Assembly (NCBI GenBank): GCA_046290225.1
Contig: JBKAGE010000081.1
Span: forward strand, 1-64,000
Source of the DNA: Bradymonadia bacterium
Lineage (GTDB): Bacteria > Myxococcota_A > Bradymonadia > UBA7976 > UBA1532
Reading direction: 5' to 3'
DNA: 64,000 nt
Shown here: piece by piece, positions 9,352 through 19,191 of the stretch
Position numbering within the stretch: position 1 is the first letter of the stretch
Layout of the letters: every line of letters starts with the position of its first letter
Made by a program: the position numbers and the translations under genes
Notes under the pieces: generated by a model
Database searches by the model: none
The model's input: the letters and a program-made list of their open reading frames with translations, nothing else
Told to the model about the DNA's origin: nothing

Positions 9352-10083
9352 TCAGGGCACGAACTTGTAGCCCGCCCCTCTGATCGAGATGAAGTGCTTG
9401 GGGTTCGCAGGATCGGCCTCGAAGTGCTTACGCAAGCGAGAGACGAAGTTGTCCACCGTGCGGGTGTTCCCCTGATTCAGCTTCCAGACCTCTCGCATCA
9501 ACTCGTCGCGGCTGAGCACCTTGCCGGCGTGATCAGCGAAATAGCGCAGGAGATCCATCTCCAGCTGAGTGAGCTTCTTCGCCTCACCGCTCACGGTGAT
9601 CTCGTAGGTGTCGAAGTTCACCCGGGCCGGGCCGAAGCTTAGCTCTGAGGCCGCGCGACCCCCCTGAGTGGTATTGAGCCACTCCATGCGCCTGATCTGG
9701 GATTTGACCCGAGCGAGCAGCTCGTCGAGTTCGAAGGGCTTGGCGAGGTAGTCGTCGGCGCCGGCCTCAAGGCCCGCCACGCGATCTGTGGCGCTGGCTC
9801 GGGCCGTGAGCATGATCACCGGTGTGTACTGCCCTGCATCCCTCAGGCGCTTGCAGAAGGTGAAGCCGTCCATGTCCGGCAACATGACATCGAGCAGGAT
9901 CACGTCGAAGCCTTCAGGCCTCACCATGGCAGCAGTGGCCGCGCGGCCTGTGGCGGCGATCTCCACCGAATAGCCTTCGAGCTCCAGGTTCATCTTCAAC
10001 CCGGCGGCGAGGTGCGCCTCGTCTTCTACGACCAGCAGCCTCGGGGTGCGTCCTGGTCTGGCCTGTTCATCCACTGCGTGCAT
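9352..10083 (-). CDS. OmpR-family response regulator
   Basis: LLVVEDE, LLDVMLP, ADDYLAKPF, wHTH TRTVDNFVSRLRK, RGAGYKF. Confidence 0.95.
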   Translation of the reverse strand: MHAVDEQARPGRTPRLLVVEDEAHLAAGLKMNLELEGYSVEIAATGRAATAAMVRPEGFDVILLDVMLPDMDGFTFCKRLRDAGQYTPVIMLTARASATDRVAGLEAGADDYLAKPFELDELLARVKSQIRRMEWLNTTQGGRAASELSFGPARVNFDTYEITVSGEAKKLTQLEMDLLRYFADHAGKVLSRDELMREVWKLNQGNTRTVDNFVSRLRKHFEADPANPKHFISIRGAGYKFVP

Positions 10084-10090
10084 CCGTCTC

Positions 10091-11071
10091 TTACGTGTCT
10101 GTCAGGTCCTGCAAGGCGGGGACCTCGGTGGTTTCCCGGTGGCGTCCGATGGGCAGCATGATCCGCATCGAGGTGCCCTTGCCGGCGCCCTCGGAGTGTG
10201 CGGACAGCTTGCCGCCGAGGCTCTTCACCAGAGCCCGGACCACGAAGAGCCCCAGGCCGGTACCATGGCGGGCTCTCACATCATCTCGATCGACCCGGTA
10301 GAAGCGCTTGAAGATGTGCTTGAGCTGCCCTTTCGGGATCCCAATGCCCTCGTCGGTGATCTCGAGGGCGATGCGCTTCTTGGCCGTGACTCGACCCGTA
10401 ACGTGCAATCGCACGGGGGGGTCGGAGTATTTCACCGCATTGTCGATGAGGTTCTTGAGGATCATCTCCATGACGGTGGGATCAGCATACATCACAAGAT
10501 CTGCAGGTACGTCGAGTTCAAGCACACCGTCTTCGACCTGATGTTGTGCAAAGGCCTGCTGAGCGAGGCGCTGAAGCACTTCGCGCAGCTCGATGCGCGA
10601 CCACACCAGCACCACCTTGCCGTGGGTGAGCCGACCCGCGGCGAGCACGTCGTCGATGAAGGTGGCTAGGCGATCGACATCGCGCTTCATCATATCGCTC
10701 AGCTGCCCGCGCTGGTCATCGGTGAGGCCCGAGCGTCCGAAGGTCTGCAAGCAGAGCTTGAGCGAAGCCAGAGGGCTCTTGAGCTCGTGGGTGACCGAGT
10801 CGATGAAGCGGGTCTGTCGGCTGCCGCGCATGATCTCCCGCACCAGGAACACGCTGAGCATGATGAGGGAGATCATGATGGTCACCAGCGACAAGATGCC
10901 CGCCACCAGCAACCACACATTGCTGCTGCCGTCCTGGGTCACCTGCTGAGCGAGGTGGGCGTTGCGCACCACCACCAGGGTCCAGCCCACCAGGATGGCG
11001 ATGGTGAGCCCGATGGAGATGACCCCGACGATGATGGTGATGGAGATGTTTCGTCTGGGCTGTACGCGCAT
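10091..11071 (-). CDS. Membrane sensor histidine kinase
   Basis: Two TM segments, H-box VTHELKSPL, NLIDNAVKY, DEGIGIP, GTGLGL. Confidence 0.93.
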   Translation of the reverse strand: MRVQPRRNISITIIVGVISIGLTIAILVGWTLVVVRNAHLAQQVTQDGSSNVWLLVAGILSLVTIMISLIMLSVFLVREIMRGSRQTRFIDSVTHELKSPLASLKLCLQTFGRSGLTDDQRGQLSDMMKRDVDRLATFIDDVLAAGRLTHGKVVLVWSRIELREVLQRLAQQAFAQHQVEDGVLELDVPADLVMYADPTVMEMILKNLIDNAVKYSDPPVRLHVTGRVTAKKRIALEITDEGIGIPKGQLKHIFKRFYRVDRDDVRARHGTGLGLFVVRALVKSLGGKLSAHSEGAGKGTSMRIMLPIGRHRETTEVPALQDLTDT

Positions 11072-11233
11072 GGGGAGACCTGAACACACCTGACCCTGGG
11101 GTTTCAACACATCCAGGCACCCCCCTCGATGTCACCACACGGTATCGATTCACCACAGGTCGAGGGGCCTGGCGCTGGCACGGATGTTGTTGTGTACCCA
11201 GGGGTCTTATCCGCTCAGCGAAGGGCTTGCACT

Positions 11234-11743
11234 GTGCACACTCTACCCCCGAAGCGAATCCTGGTCCCTGTGGACTTCTCACCGCTCTCCGGCCAGGCCC
11301 TCAGGTACGCGCTGGCGCTTGCGGCCCCCCTCAGCGCCACCGTCGAGGTGGTCTATGTGCATCTCGGTCAGCAGTGGGGTGGCATCGTGGAAGCGCAATA
11401 TGGGATCGCGACGGGGATGCCCGACGTGCTCTCCCTGGCTCAGCAGCGTATGCGCGACTTTTTGTTCGAGCATCTGGGTGAAGGCTGTGATCGGATCGTC
11501 GCCCACCTCGTTCAGGGTGATCCCGAGGAGGCGATCCTCACCCTCGCAGAGGGGCGTGGTGTCGAGTTGATCGTCATGGCCACCCATGGGCGAAAAGGAC
11601 TCGCGGGGTGGATGCTGGGCAGCGTGACCCGACAGGTGCTGCGGCGATCGTCTGTGCCTGTACTGGCGCTGACGCCGAGCACGGAGGGTCACCTGCAACC
11701 GTTCAGCGGCGGCGCAGGTGCATACCAGGTGAGCGCCGATTGA
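11234..11743 (+). CDS. Universal stress protein (UspA family)
   Basis: KRILVPVDFS, LIVMATHGRKG, LGSVTRQVLR; ORF open from 11129, start uncertain. Confidence 0.88.
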   Translation: MHTLPPKRILVPVDFSPLSGQALRYALALAAPLSATVEVVYVHLGQQWGGIVEAQYGIATGMPDVLSLAQQRMRDFLFEHLGEGCDRIVAHLVQGDPEEAILTLAEGRGVELIVMATHGRKGLAGWMLGSVTRQVLRRSSVPVLALTPSTEGHLQPFSGGAGAYQVSAD

Positions 11744-13559
11744 CGAGCATCAACACGCTGTCCGGGTCGAACTGCCCTTGATCGTCGAAGTAGGGCTCGA
11801 CGACCAGCACGCCAAAGGGCGCCGCGGAGAATTGAGGGATTACGGTCAAGCTACGGTGTGGGCCCGAAGGCGTACCCGAGACGGTGTACTTCAGCGCTGT
11901 GGCGTACCTCGACTTGTACTGGTGGTAGGCCTGATAGAAGTTCAGGGGCACCCGCAATTTCACGCCGGCGGCGCTCTCGGCGAGCACCTCTGACGTGCCA
12001 GGTACGACCACACCCCAGAAGATGAGGTGATTCGGTCGCTTGGGCACACCGGCATCAACAGCTTCTTCTGCCTCTACATTGCCCTTCGACTCGCTCGCCG
12101 AATGAAAGTCTGCTGGCTTGCCAGGCAGATCTACGTTGAGCCGATCTGGGTCGACCCTGGCGGTGCCACTTCGCACATCTTCGTTCAGGGGTGAGACCTC
12201 TGAAGCGTCTGACTTCAATGCGCCGTCGTCGAGCGCTGCATCGTGTGGCTCGGGATCGACGCGCACGGGCACCTCGGCGTCGAGCGCTGCGTTGAGCCCC
12301 CCACCATCCGGCATACCAGCGTCGGCGATGGGTAAATCGAGACGAGGTGGGCCAAGACTGGTGCGGCTCGGCGGCACCAGCACGCCACCTTGTCGCGTAC
12401 CATCGACGCGGACCGTCTCTGGCGCCAGCGGCGCAGGCGTAGGTGTCTCATTGTCGGAGCTGGAGGCCTTGAGCACAGCGCCAGTGATCCCACCGGCGAT
12501 CACCACACCGGCAGCGGCGGCCCACAGCGCCTTGCTCCTGCCCGGATGCTGGGCTTGCTCCATCTCGTGGGTGATGGGCCGGTCCGGCTCGGTCCGTGCC
12601 GTGGGCTCCGGAGCACTCTGTTCATCGAAAGGCGTGGCGAGTAGGGCATCGATGTGGGCTTTGAGGGCCTGCGCCGAGGCTGGGCGTGCGTCGGGGGACT
12701 TCTCCAGGCACCACATGATGAGGCCGTTCACCTCACGTGGGATCTGCAGCTCGGCTTTGCGCAGCGCTGGCGGAATCGGTTGCTCCGAGGCGTGCTTCAC
12801 CAGGTGACCGTAGCGCTTCCCGGTGACCTCGAAGACCAGCTCGCCCGTGAGCAGCTCGTAGCCCACACACCCCAGGGCGTAGAGATCAGAGCGGGCGTCC
12901 ACGGACTCGCCGCGGGCCTGCTCTGGCGAGACGTACTCTGGGGTACCAAAGACCTCGCCGCTCATGGTCAGGGGCGATGTCTGCCCATCGCTGCTGGGAT
13001 CGTCGACCTCCACCATCTTGGCGATGCCGAAGTCGAGCACCTTGATCTGGGGCCGGCCAGCGGGGCCGTCGAGGAGCATCACATTGCCGGGCTTGAGATC
13101 GCGGTGCACGATGCCCGCCTCGTGGGCGGAGAACATCGCTTCGGCGATCTGCCCGAGGATCTTCAACGTGCGGCGAGGATCGAGAGGGCCCTCCTGCTCG
13201 AGAACCACGTCGAGGGGCCGGCCGGCGATGTGCTCGAGCACGAGGTAGGGCTCACCCTGCTCGGTCTCCCCGAAGAAGTGCACCTGCACGATGTTGGGGT
13301 GATTGAGCCGGGCCACGGCCCGGGCCTCTCGATGGAACCGGGCGATGATGCCCTTCGAGGCCGACAGGGTACCGCCCTCGATGGGGCGCAGCAGCTTCAC
13401 CACCACGGTGCGGCCTACATCGAGCTGCTCGGCGAGGTACACCCGGGCCATGCCCCCAGTGCCGATGCACATGCCCAGACGGAGCCGGTCGGCGATGACT
13501 CGCCCGGTGTGCGGGTCGGGCACCTGTGGAATGCCCGCGGTGGTGTCCTGGTGTGTCAT
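11703..13559 (-). CDS. Hanks-type Ser/Thr protein kinase with a TM helix and extracytoplasmic tail
   Basis: IGTGGMARVY, VVVKLL, HRDLKPGN, DFG, GTPEYVSPE, SDLYALG; TM WAAAAGVVIAGGITGAVL. Confidence 0.93.
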   Translation of the reverse strand: MTHQDTTAGIPQVPDPHTGRVIADRLRLGMCIGTGGMARVYLAEQLDVGRTVVVKLLRPIEGGTLSASKGIIARFHREARAVARLNHPNIVQVHFFGETEQGEPYLVLEHIAGRPLDVVLEQEGPLDPRRTLKILGQIAEAMFSAHEAGIVHRDLKPGNVMLLDGPAGRPQIKVLDFGIAKMVEVDDPSSDGQTSPLTMSGEVFGTPEYVSPEQARGESVDARSDLYALGCVGYELLTGELVFEVTGKRYGHLVKHASEQPIPPALRKAELQIPREVNGLIMWCLEKSPDARPASAQALKAHIDALLATPFDEQSAPEPTARTEPDRPITHEMEQAQHPGRSKALWAAAAGVVIAGGITGAVLKASSSDNETPTPAPLAPETVRVDGTRQGGVLVPPSRTSLGPPRLDLPIADAGMPDGGGLNAALDAEVPVRVDPEPHDAALDDGALKSDASEVSPLNEDVRSGTARVDPDRLNVDLPGKPADFHSASESKGNVEAEEAVDAGVPKRPNHLIFWGVVVPGTSEVLAESAAGVKLRVPLNFYQAYHQYKSRYATALKYTVSGTPSGPHRSLTVIPQFSAAPFGVLVVEPYFDDQGQFDPDSVLMLVNRRSPGMHLRRR

Positions 13560-13675
13560 TGAGGGGCAGGGTAGCCAATTCCTGCGCCCCTGCCGAATCA
13601 ATCACCTGTGAGGCTTCGTCCGGCATTCGGAGAAAGGCGTGCGTGTCGGCAGGCTGCGTTTCGATTCGGGAACAT

Positions 13676-16600
13676 TCAGAAGGCGGGCATCGGCCGACCG
13701 TGACGCAACAGCAGATCGGTGTACTGCCCCTGCACCAGCGCAGAGGCGTCACCGATGATCACGAGGTGGTCTCGCGCCCGTGAGACGGCGACGTTGAGCA
13801 GATTCACCCGATCGTTGAGGAACCCGAGTGAGCGCCCACGGGTGATGACCGTGGAGAAGATCACCACCGAGCGCTCGCCCCCCTGAAATCTGTGCACGGT
13901 GCCCAGGGCCACCGAGCTTGGGGGCCCGAACAGACTGAGGTTGGTGGGGGCCGGATCGAGGGTGGCGTCGTCACAGGGCACCCCGCTCTGGTTGAGGCGT
14001 CGCCGCAGGCGTTCGAGCTGGCCGCGGTAGGGGGTGATGATGGCGATGTCGCCCCAGGGGATCCCTCCACGGGCGAGCAGGTTCACCACGGCGAGGGTGG
14101 CCCCGATCTCTTCTTCATTGAACCAGCTGCCGCCCCATCTTTGTTGTCGCCCGTCCACCTGTAGGTGGAGGACCGGGTGATCGAGCTGAGGCACCTGCGC
14201 CACGAGACTGTTCTCCGGCGTGCGCACGGTGAGGTTGTAGTGACACAGAGCGTCGGAGATCTCGATGATCTCGCGCTGGCATCGGAAGTGATCGTGCAGC
14301 GTCAGCGGCGCGCTGGCCCGGTTGGCCAGAGACTGCGCCGAGGGGGGCCGTGCCGAGCGCAGACGGTAGGGGTCGAAGCGATCATCATCAGGCAGCTTCG
14401 ACGACAGCTTCACCCGCTGCTCATCGCTCGCCGTGAGTTGGATGACCGGCTCGAGCTGGTGGGTGTCGCCGATGATGAGGGCCCGTCGGGCCCGGACCAG
14501 CCCGGAGATGGCATAGGCAGGGTGACACTGTCCGGCCTCGTCGATGATGACCTGGTGCACCGCGCTGCTCTCCGGCGGGAACACGTTGCCCAATGACAAC
14601 AGCGTGCAGCCCCATGTGGGGAACAGCTTGCACAGCCAGGAGGCGGTCTCGTCGTCGTCTTCCATGAGCCGGCGCAGACCTCGACGCCCCCGGACCGACT
14701 CCAGGGCGGTGTCGAGGGCCAGCAGCAACTTCTTCTGTCGCAAGATGGCCCACCGCTCTCGGACCACCACCGACAGCATGAAGACCCGCATGCGGAGCGT
14801 CGCTCGCTCGGGACTCTCCAGCGGAGGCGCCTCGGGGATCGGAGCCCGGGCGTTCTCGGCAGCGAGGGCCGTGACCAAATCTTCACGCTCTGCAGCTCGG
14901 CGCGCCGCGGCGGCCATGGCCTTCAAGTGACTCAGGCGATCGGTCAGCTCGTCGACGCCGTCTTCGATGGCTTCTTGCCAGGCGTCGAGATCTGCTCCAG
15001 CGCCCTGAGGCAGGTCGAGGTTGAGCGAGACCTCCAGCGGATCGAGCAGACGCTCAAGTCGATCCTGAGGCCCCGAGGCCTCTTTGAGATATCGCTTCTC
15101 CATGGCCTTCGGTGCGCGGATCTGCCGGCGATCGAGGGACTCGGCGAGGCGGTTCAGCCGGCTACGGAGCACTCGGACCCGCTGCACAGCTTGAGCCACG
15201 AGGGCCTGCCGCGCTTGAGCGTCGTTGGGCCGGGGCTCTTCTTCGAGCAACAGAGCAGCGTAATCGCGATCGACCCTGGGCAGCAGCGCGAGATCGTCGT
15301 CGATGAGCCGTTCGAGCTCTGCGATGCGTTGCTCGAGGTTGGTGCGCTGCTCTGCCTGCTTCCGAGCGGCTTCTTCCGGGGCCAGCTCTGCCTTGAGAGC
15401 CTTCCAGCCCTCGTCGAAGCGCTTCAGGGCGTCGTTGAAAGCCGCCCTGGCGCCCGTGGTGTCCTGCTTGCTCAGCCACGACATGCACCGCTCGAGGGTG
15501 TTCACTGTCACCGTGGCCATGACCTCCTGGCTGCCGGTGCGGATGCCCAGGGGCAGGCGGTCGTCCGGCAGATCGGCACACAGCGGATCGAGCACGTTGT
15601 CTACGGCCCGGTTGTTCGTACTGGTGATGACTGTGGTGGGCCGCTCGCTCATCCGCGGCCGACCTTCGGTGAGGAACGCCTCGTACATGCGCCGTACGCG
15701 AGAGACGAGACCATCAGCGAGCAGATTGAGGATCAGCTCGGTCTTCCCGGTGCCCGGAGGCCCTTGGATCGCCGTGAGGCTGCTGCCGAGGAACTGCTCA
15801 GCGCCCAAGTGCTGATCACCGGTGAGACCCCGGTCGGACCAGCCGCCGTTCCGTCGCCCCCGGCGGGGCAGGGATGCGCGACCGCTCAAGTAGCCCCACA
15901 GCGGGCTGCCCTTGTCGAAGCGGGCTTTGCGTTGACGCAGCGCCTGCAGATCGCGCTGCAGGTGGTGTGTGGCATAGCCCTGGCTGCCGTCGTACACCAG
16001 CCCGATGGGGAAGCTGCGGGTGCCCCCGCCGATGCGGGCCACCACCGCGTCGTGCAGGGCCTGGACCTGAGCCTGTGGCTCCGAAGGCCACTCGGGATCG
16101 TTCACCAGCTCGATGGGGTCGAGATCGTTTGGCCAGCCATCTTCGGGGTTCATGGTGAGCAGCCGGTGGGTGGCGGCCACCATGATCTCCGGTGACAGGT
16201 CGCCCCCGGCGGCATGGGCCCAGCGCTTGAGGGCGCCGTGGTAGTCGTCGATCTCCTCTTCGCCGATCTTCAACGCCCCTTGGGCCACCTCGGGATCGAG
16301 GGTGTAGGGCAGGCTGGCCACCTCGTCATCATCATTGTTGACATCGGTCTTGAGCGACAGCCGCAGCCGGGCCGGCAGCGGTGGGATCTTCCCCCGCTTA
16401 CGCTCGTGCCACGTGGGGGGCATCCAGGGCTTGCCCTGCTCGTCGAGCCAGTTCGGCGCGTCAAGTGGGCAGCGGAGCAGGGTGGCCAGCTCACCGCCCC
16501 GCTGAAAATACAGCGTGGGGAAGCCCACCACGTACATGGGCGGCCGGGCGTCCTGCACGAAACCCAGAGCCTCGTTGCGCTCTTTGCGGTAGGCCACGTA

Positions 16601-16912
16601 GAGCCACCGCTCGAAGAGCCCCATGCGCTCGCCGTCGAGGTGCAGGTCGAGCTGCTTCTGTTGCTTGAGCATCAGCGGCGCCGAGGGCTCGTCTTCGCGA
16701 TGCACCATCTTGAAGTACGTGCGTCCGTACCCGGGCTGCAGCAGGTCGGGCAGTCGTGGCGGACCCTTGTGGGGTGGTGCCGCCCGCGGCCGCATGGCCA
16801 GCGCCTCTTCGTGTTGCAGGGCGCTGAGCCAGTAGTGCAACACCTTGTCCACCTCTTTGGCGTCGAGGGGACGGTCCGGTGAAGGTCTGAGCATTTGTGC
16901 AGTTGGGCCCAT
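13676..16912 (-). CDS. Superfamily 1 (Upf1/DNA2-NAM7-like) helicase with coiled-coil insertion
   Basis: GPPGTGKT, STNNRAVDN, IIDEAGQ, GDTHQLEP, HFRC, TVHRFQGGE, NVAVSRAR. Confidence 0.9.
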   Translation of the reverse strand: MGPTAQMLRPSPDRPLDAKEVDKVLHYWLSALQHEEALAMRPRAAPPHKGPPRLPDLLQPGYGRTYFKMVHREDEPSAPLMLKQQKQLDLHLDGERMGLFERWLYVAYRKERNEALGFVQDARPPMYVVGFPTLYFQRGGELATLLRCPLDAPNWLDEQGKPWMPPTWHERKRGKIPPLPARLRLSLKTDVNNDDDEVASLPYTLDPEVAQGALKIGEEEIDDYHGALKRWAHAAGGDLSPEIMVAATHRLLTMNPEDGWPNDLDPIELVNDPEWPSEPQAQVQALHDAVVARIGGGTRSFPIGLVYDGSQGYATHHLQRDLQALRQRKARFDKGSPLWGYLSGRASLPRRGRRNGGWSDRGLTGDQHLGAEQFLGSSLTAIQGPPGTGKTELILNLLADGLVSRVRRMYEAFLTEGRPRMSERPTTVITSTNNRAVDNVLDPLCADLPDDRLPLGIRTGSQEVMATVTVNTLERCMSWLSKQDTTGARAAFNDALKRFDEGWKALKAELAPEEAARKQAEQRTNLEQRIAELERLIDDDLALLPRVDRDYAALLLEEEPRPNDAQARQALVAQAVQRVRVLRSRLNRLAESLDRRQIRAPKAMEKRYLKEASGPQDRLERLLDPLEVSLNLDLPQGAGADLDAWQEAIEDGVDELTDRLSHLKAMAAAARRAAEREDLVTALAAENARAPIPEAPPLESPERATLRMRVFMLSVVVRERWAILRQKKLLLALDTALESVRGRRGLRRLMEDDDETASWLCKLFPTWGCTLLSLGNVFPPESSAVHQVIIDEAGQCHPAYAISGLVRARRALIIGDTHQLEPVIQLTASDEQRVKLSSKLPDDDRFDPYRLRSARPPSAQSLANRASAPLTLHDHFRCQREIIEISDALCHYNLTVRTPENSLVAQVPQLDHPVLHLQVDGRQQRWGGSWFNEEEIGATLAVVNLLARGGIPWGDIAIITPYRGQLERLRRRLNQSGVPCDDATLDPAPTNLSLFGPPSSVALGTVHRFQGGERSVVIFSTVITRGRSLGFLNDRVNLLNVAVSRARDHLVIIGDASALVQGQYTDLLLRHGRPMPAF

Positions 16913-16961
16913 GGCCCGATGCTGCGATCAGAGGGGGTGGAGGGTCAACCTCAATGGTTGT

Positions 16962-17525
16962 TCAAGGCGACGCATCTTGTATGCCAGCGTCTTCAGGTGG
17001 TGGGGCGGCATCGACGAATGCGTCTGTCGCGGGGTCCAGGAGCACCTGGGGGCTTCGAGCGACGGGATCGAGGGCCTGCTCAGTGAGGGAGAGATAAAGC
17101 ACAAAGGAGGAGGGGCACACCCCCTCAGCATCGTCACACCCCGTGATCCTGAACCCACCGAGGCCTTGACTGAGCATCAGCCGCGCCGGAGAGACCTCTC
17201 CTGCAGAAGGTGGGTCGATGGTCATCAAAATTTCACCTTCGTAGGGGTCTCCAGTGGCTGCCTCGGTGACCCGAACCCGGGCTACGACGGCGTCCATGCC
17301 GTCGGCGAGCAACCGCGTGCGGTCGAGCTCGAGAGAGAATCGCAGCTCATCCGCGCTTGTGGCACCAGCATCTCCTGCCGTGACACACGTGCCAGAGACG
17401 CACGCCAGCCCCTCTGCGCAGGGGGCGACGCCCGACAAGCACTCTCCACCGGACTGTCCTGGTGTGGTTTCGTCGTCATCGCAGGCGAGCATGGCCAGGC
17501 AGAGAGGGAGGATGAGGTGGCGCAC
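16962..17525 (-). CDS. Lipoprotein with short Cys-rich module and invasin/Big_1-like Ig domain
   Basis: LAMLAC lipobox, C..C..GLAC..G.C module, RLLADGMDAVVARVRV resembles the Big_1 start. Confidence 0.6.
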   Translation of the reverse strand: MRHLILPLCLAMLACDDDETTPGQSGGECLSGVAPCAEGLACVSGTCVTAGDAGATSADELRFSLELDRTRLLADGMDAVVARVRVTEAATGDPYEGEILMTIDPPSAGEVSPARLMLSQGLGGFRITGCDDAEGVCPSSFVLYLSLTEQALDPVARSPQVLLDPATDAFVDAAPPPEDAGIQDASP

Positions 17526-17656
17526 GTGAGGGACCTCTACAGGCAAGTCACAGAGACCTGATTTATATCGTCAAGGGCATGCTGCTGTTCAAGCAGCCTC
17601 TCACGACTTCGCCAACCTGGGTCTGCAAAGTCAGATGGAAGCTTTCGTATACCGCT

Positions 17657-18151
17657 CTAGCAAAAAGAGAAAATGCTGTCGGGTGAGCACAGTCGAAACC
17701 AGTCAGCGGCCTTCAGCTTCAGCGAGCACGTATGATCGCCGGCAGTGAACACCAATGTTTCCTGTTGAGACAGTGATGTGTCGAGATACAGCGGCAGGTC
17801 GAAAATCGGTCGCCCAATCGGCGGTACGCACCCTGGTCGCAGGCCCGTGAACTCGAGCAACTCCTCTTGGGTCGCGAAACGCAGCCGCGATACGCGCAGG
17901 TGCTTGCGGATCGTACGGCCGTGGCTGCGCATGTCGGCCCGAAACGCAAAGATGCCGAAGCCGCCCGTGCCGATCTTCATCACCAGGGCCTTGGCCGCCA
18001 TCTCCAGCGGTGTCCCGCGAACCTCAGCGGCCTCCTGAGAGGTCTTCACGGCTCGGTGATGGATGAGGGTGTAGTCGATGTCGTGGCTCTGCAGCAGCGC
18101 CTCGATGCGCTGACGCACCACCGGAACTGCGGAGGAGGGGTGCTCGTTCAT
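17657..18151 (-). CDS. YbaK/ProX aminoacyl-tRNA editing domain protein
   Basis: TSQEAAEVRG, AKALVMK, LRFAT.EEL..TG..PGCVPPIG, FTAGDH. Confidence 0.88.
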   Translation of the reverse strand: MNEHPSSAVPVVRQRIEALLQSHDIDYTLIHHRAVKTSQEAAEVRGTPLEMAAKALVMKIGTGGFGIFAFRADMRSHGRTIRKHLRVSRLRFATQEELLEFTGLRPGCVPPIGRPIFDLPLYLDTSLSQQETLVFTAGDHTCSLKLKAADWFRLCSPDSIFSFC

Positions 18152-18166
18152 GGCCTCAATATGAGA

Positions 18167-19048
18167 TCAGTCGCCGCCAAAGGCCAGCCCCACTCGCAAG
18201 ACCGACCACACCCCCTCCGGTGCTGCGTCGTGGGCGGGGTAGGGCATCATCACCGACCACGTGAACACCGCCTGACCGATGTGCCCTTCGAGACCGGCGC
18301 CGAGGTAGGGCTTTGCCACGGCGTCGAGCGTGTCGTCGTGGAGTGTGGTGCGATCTGACTCGAAGCCCACGTTGAGCAGCGCCGACTGCACGCCGCCATA
18401 GCCGAAGATGTAGAGCCAGTCGTTCACCCAGCCACCGAGCTGAAGATGGGCGTCCTGCAGCAACACACGACTCACTTGCTTGTCCACGAGTCGATAGCGT
18501 GGGTCTTCGCTGCTCGCCAGGGCCAGATCGCTCGTATTCGGGCAGTCGTCGCACAGAAACACCCCCTGCTGCACTGTGCTGAGATCCATCCCCAGCCCGA
18601 GGGAGATGTTCACCGCGCCGCGCTTGGGCGTGAGGTGCAGTCGCATGCTGCCACCGAGCCGGGCGACGCCGGCGCGGTCCGCTGCGGGGATGTCCTGGAC
18701 CCCGGCGACGTTGGCTCGGGCCGACTCGTAGGTGCCATAGGTCGTACGCCCGGCGATCTCGAGGTAGTCCGTGACCCCGACGGCGAGGCTGCCCTGCATC
18801 TGGAACGTGGGGGTGAGGGTGCCGGGATCACCTTCCTCGGCGCCCTCGGGGAACACCATGTCCTGCTGAGATTCCGTGGCGATGCCCCCCTGAAGCCTGA
18901 CTTCGCCGGGCTTCAGGGGGGCGCCCAGCTGAGAGGGAGCCGCGGGGGCGGGGGCGACGAGGGTCCTTCGGATCGCCGTCGCAGGGGCCGAGCACCCTAT
19001 CTGGTACAGCGTGAGGGTCGCGAGGGTCAGCATCATCCACCGGTACAT
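18167..19048 (-). CDS. Hypothetical exported/lipoprotein, possibly beta-rich outer-membrane protein
   Basis: Signal ending QIGC, AGGAG SD, alternating strand-like segments, C-terminal VLRVGLAF. Confidence 0.6.
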   Translation of the reverse strand: MYRWMMLTLATLTLYQIGCSAPATAIRRTLVAPAPAAPSQLGAPLKPGEVRLQGGIATESQQDMVFPEGAEEGDPGTLTPTFQMQGSLAVGVTDYLEIAGRTTYGTYESARANVAGVQDIPAADRAGVARLGGSMRLHLTPKRGAVNISLGLGMDLSTVQQGVFLCDDCPNTSDLALASSEDPRYRLVDKQVSRVLLQDAHLQLGGWVNDWLYIFGYGGVQSALLNVGFESDRTTLHDDTLDAVAKPYLGAGLEGHIGQAVFTWSVMMPYPAHDAAPEGVWSVLRVGLAFGGD

Positions 19049-19191
19049 GTGCAGCTCCTGAGTTCAGATACACAGGAGCTGTGCACAGCGAGGGCCAGCT
19101 CGGAGCGCCTTGAATATCAGTGTGTTAGGCAGACTGTGTGAACTCGGGTTCGTGGGCGGGTGTCACCGAGCGTCCGCAACCTGCGGCACCC

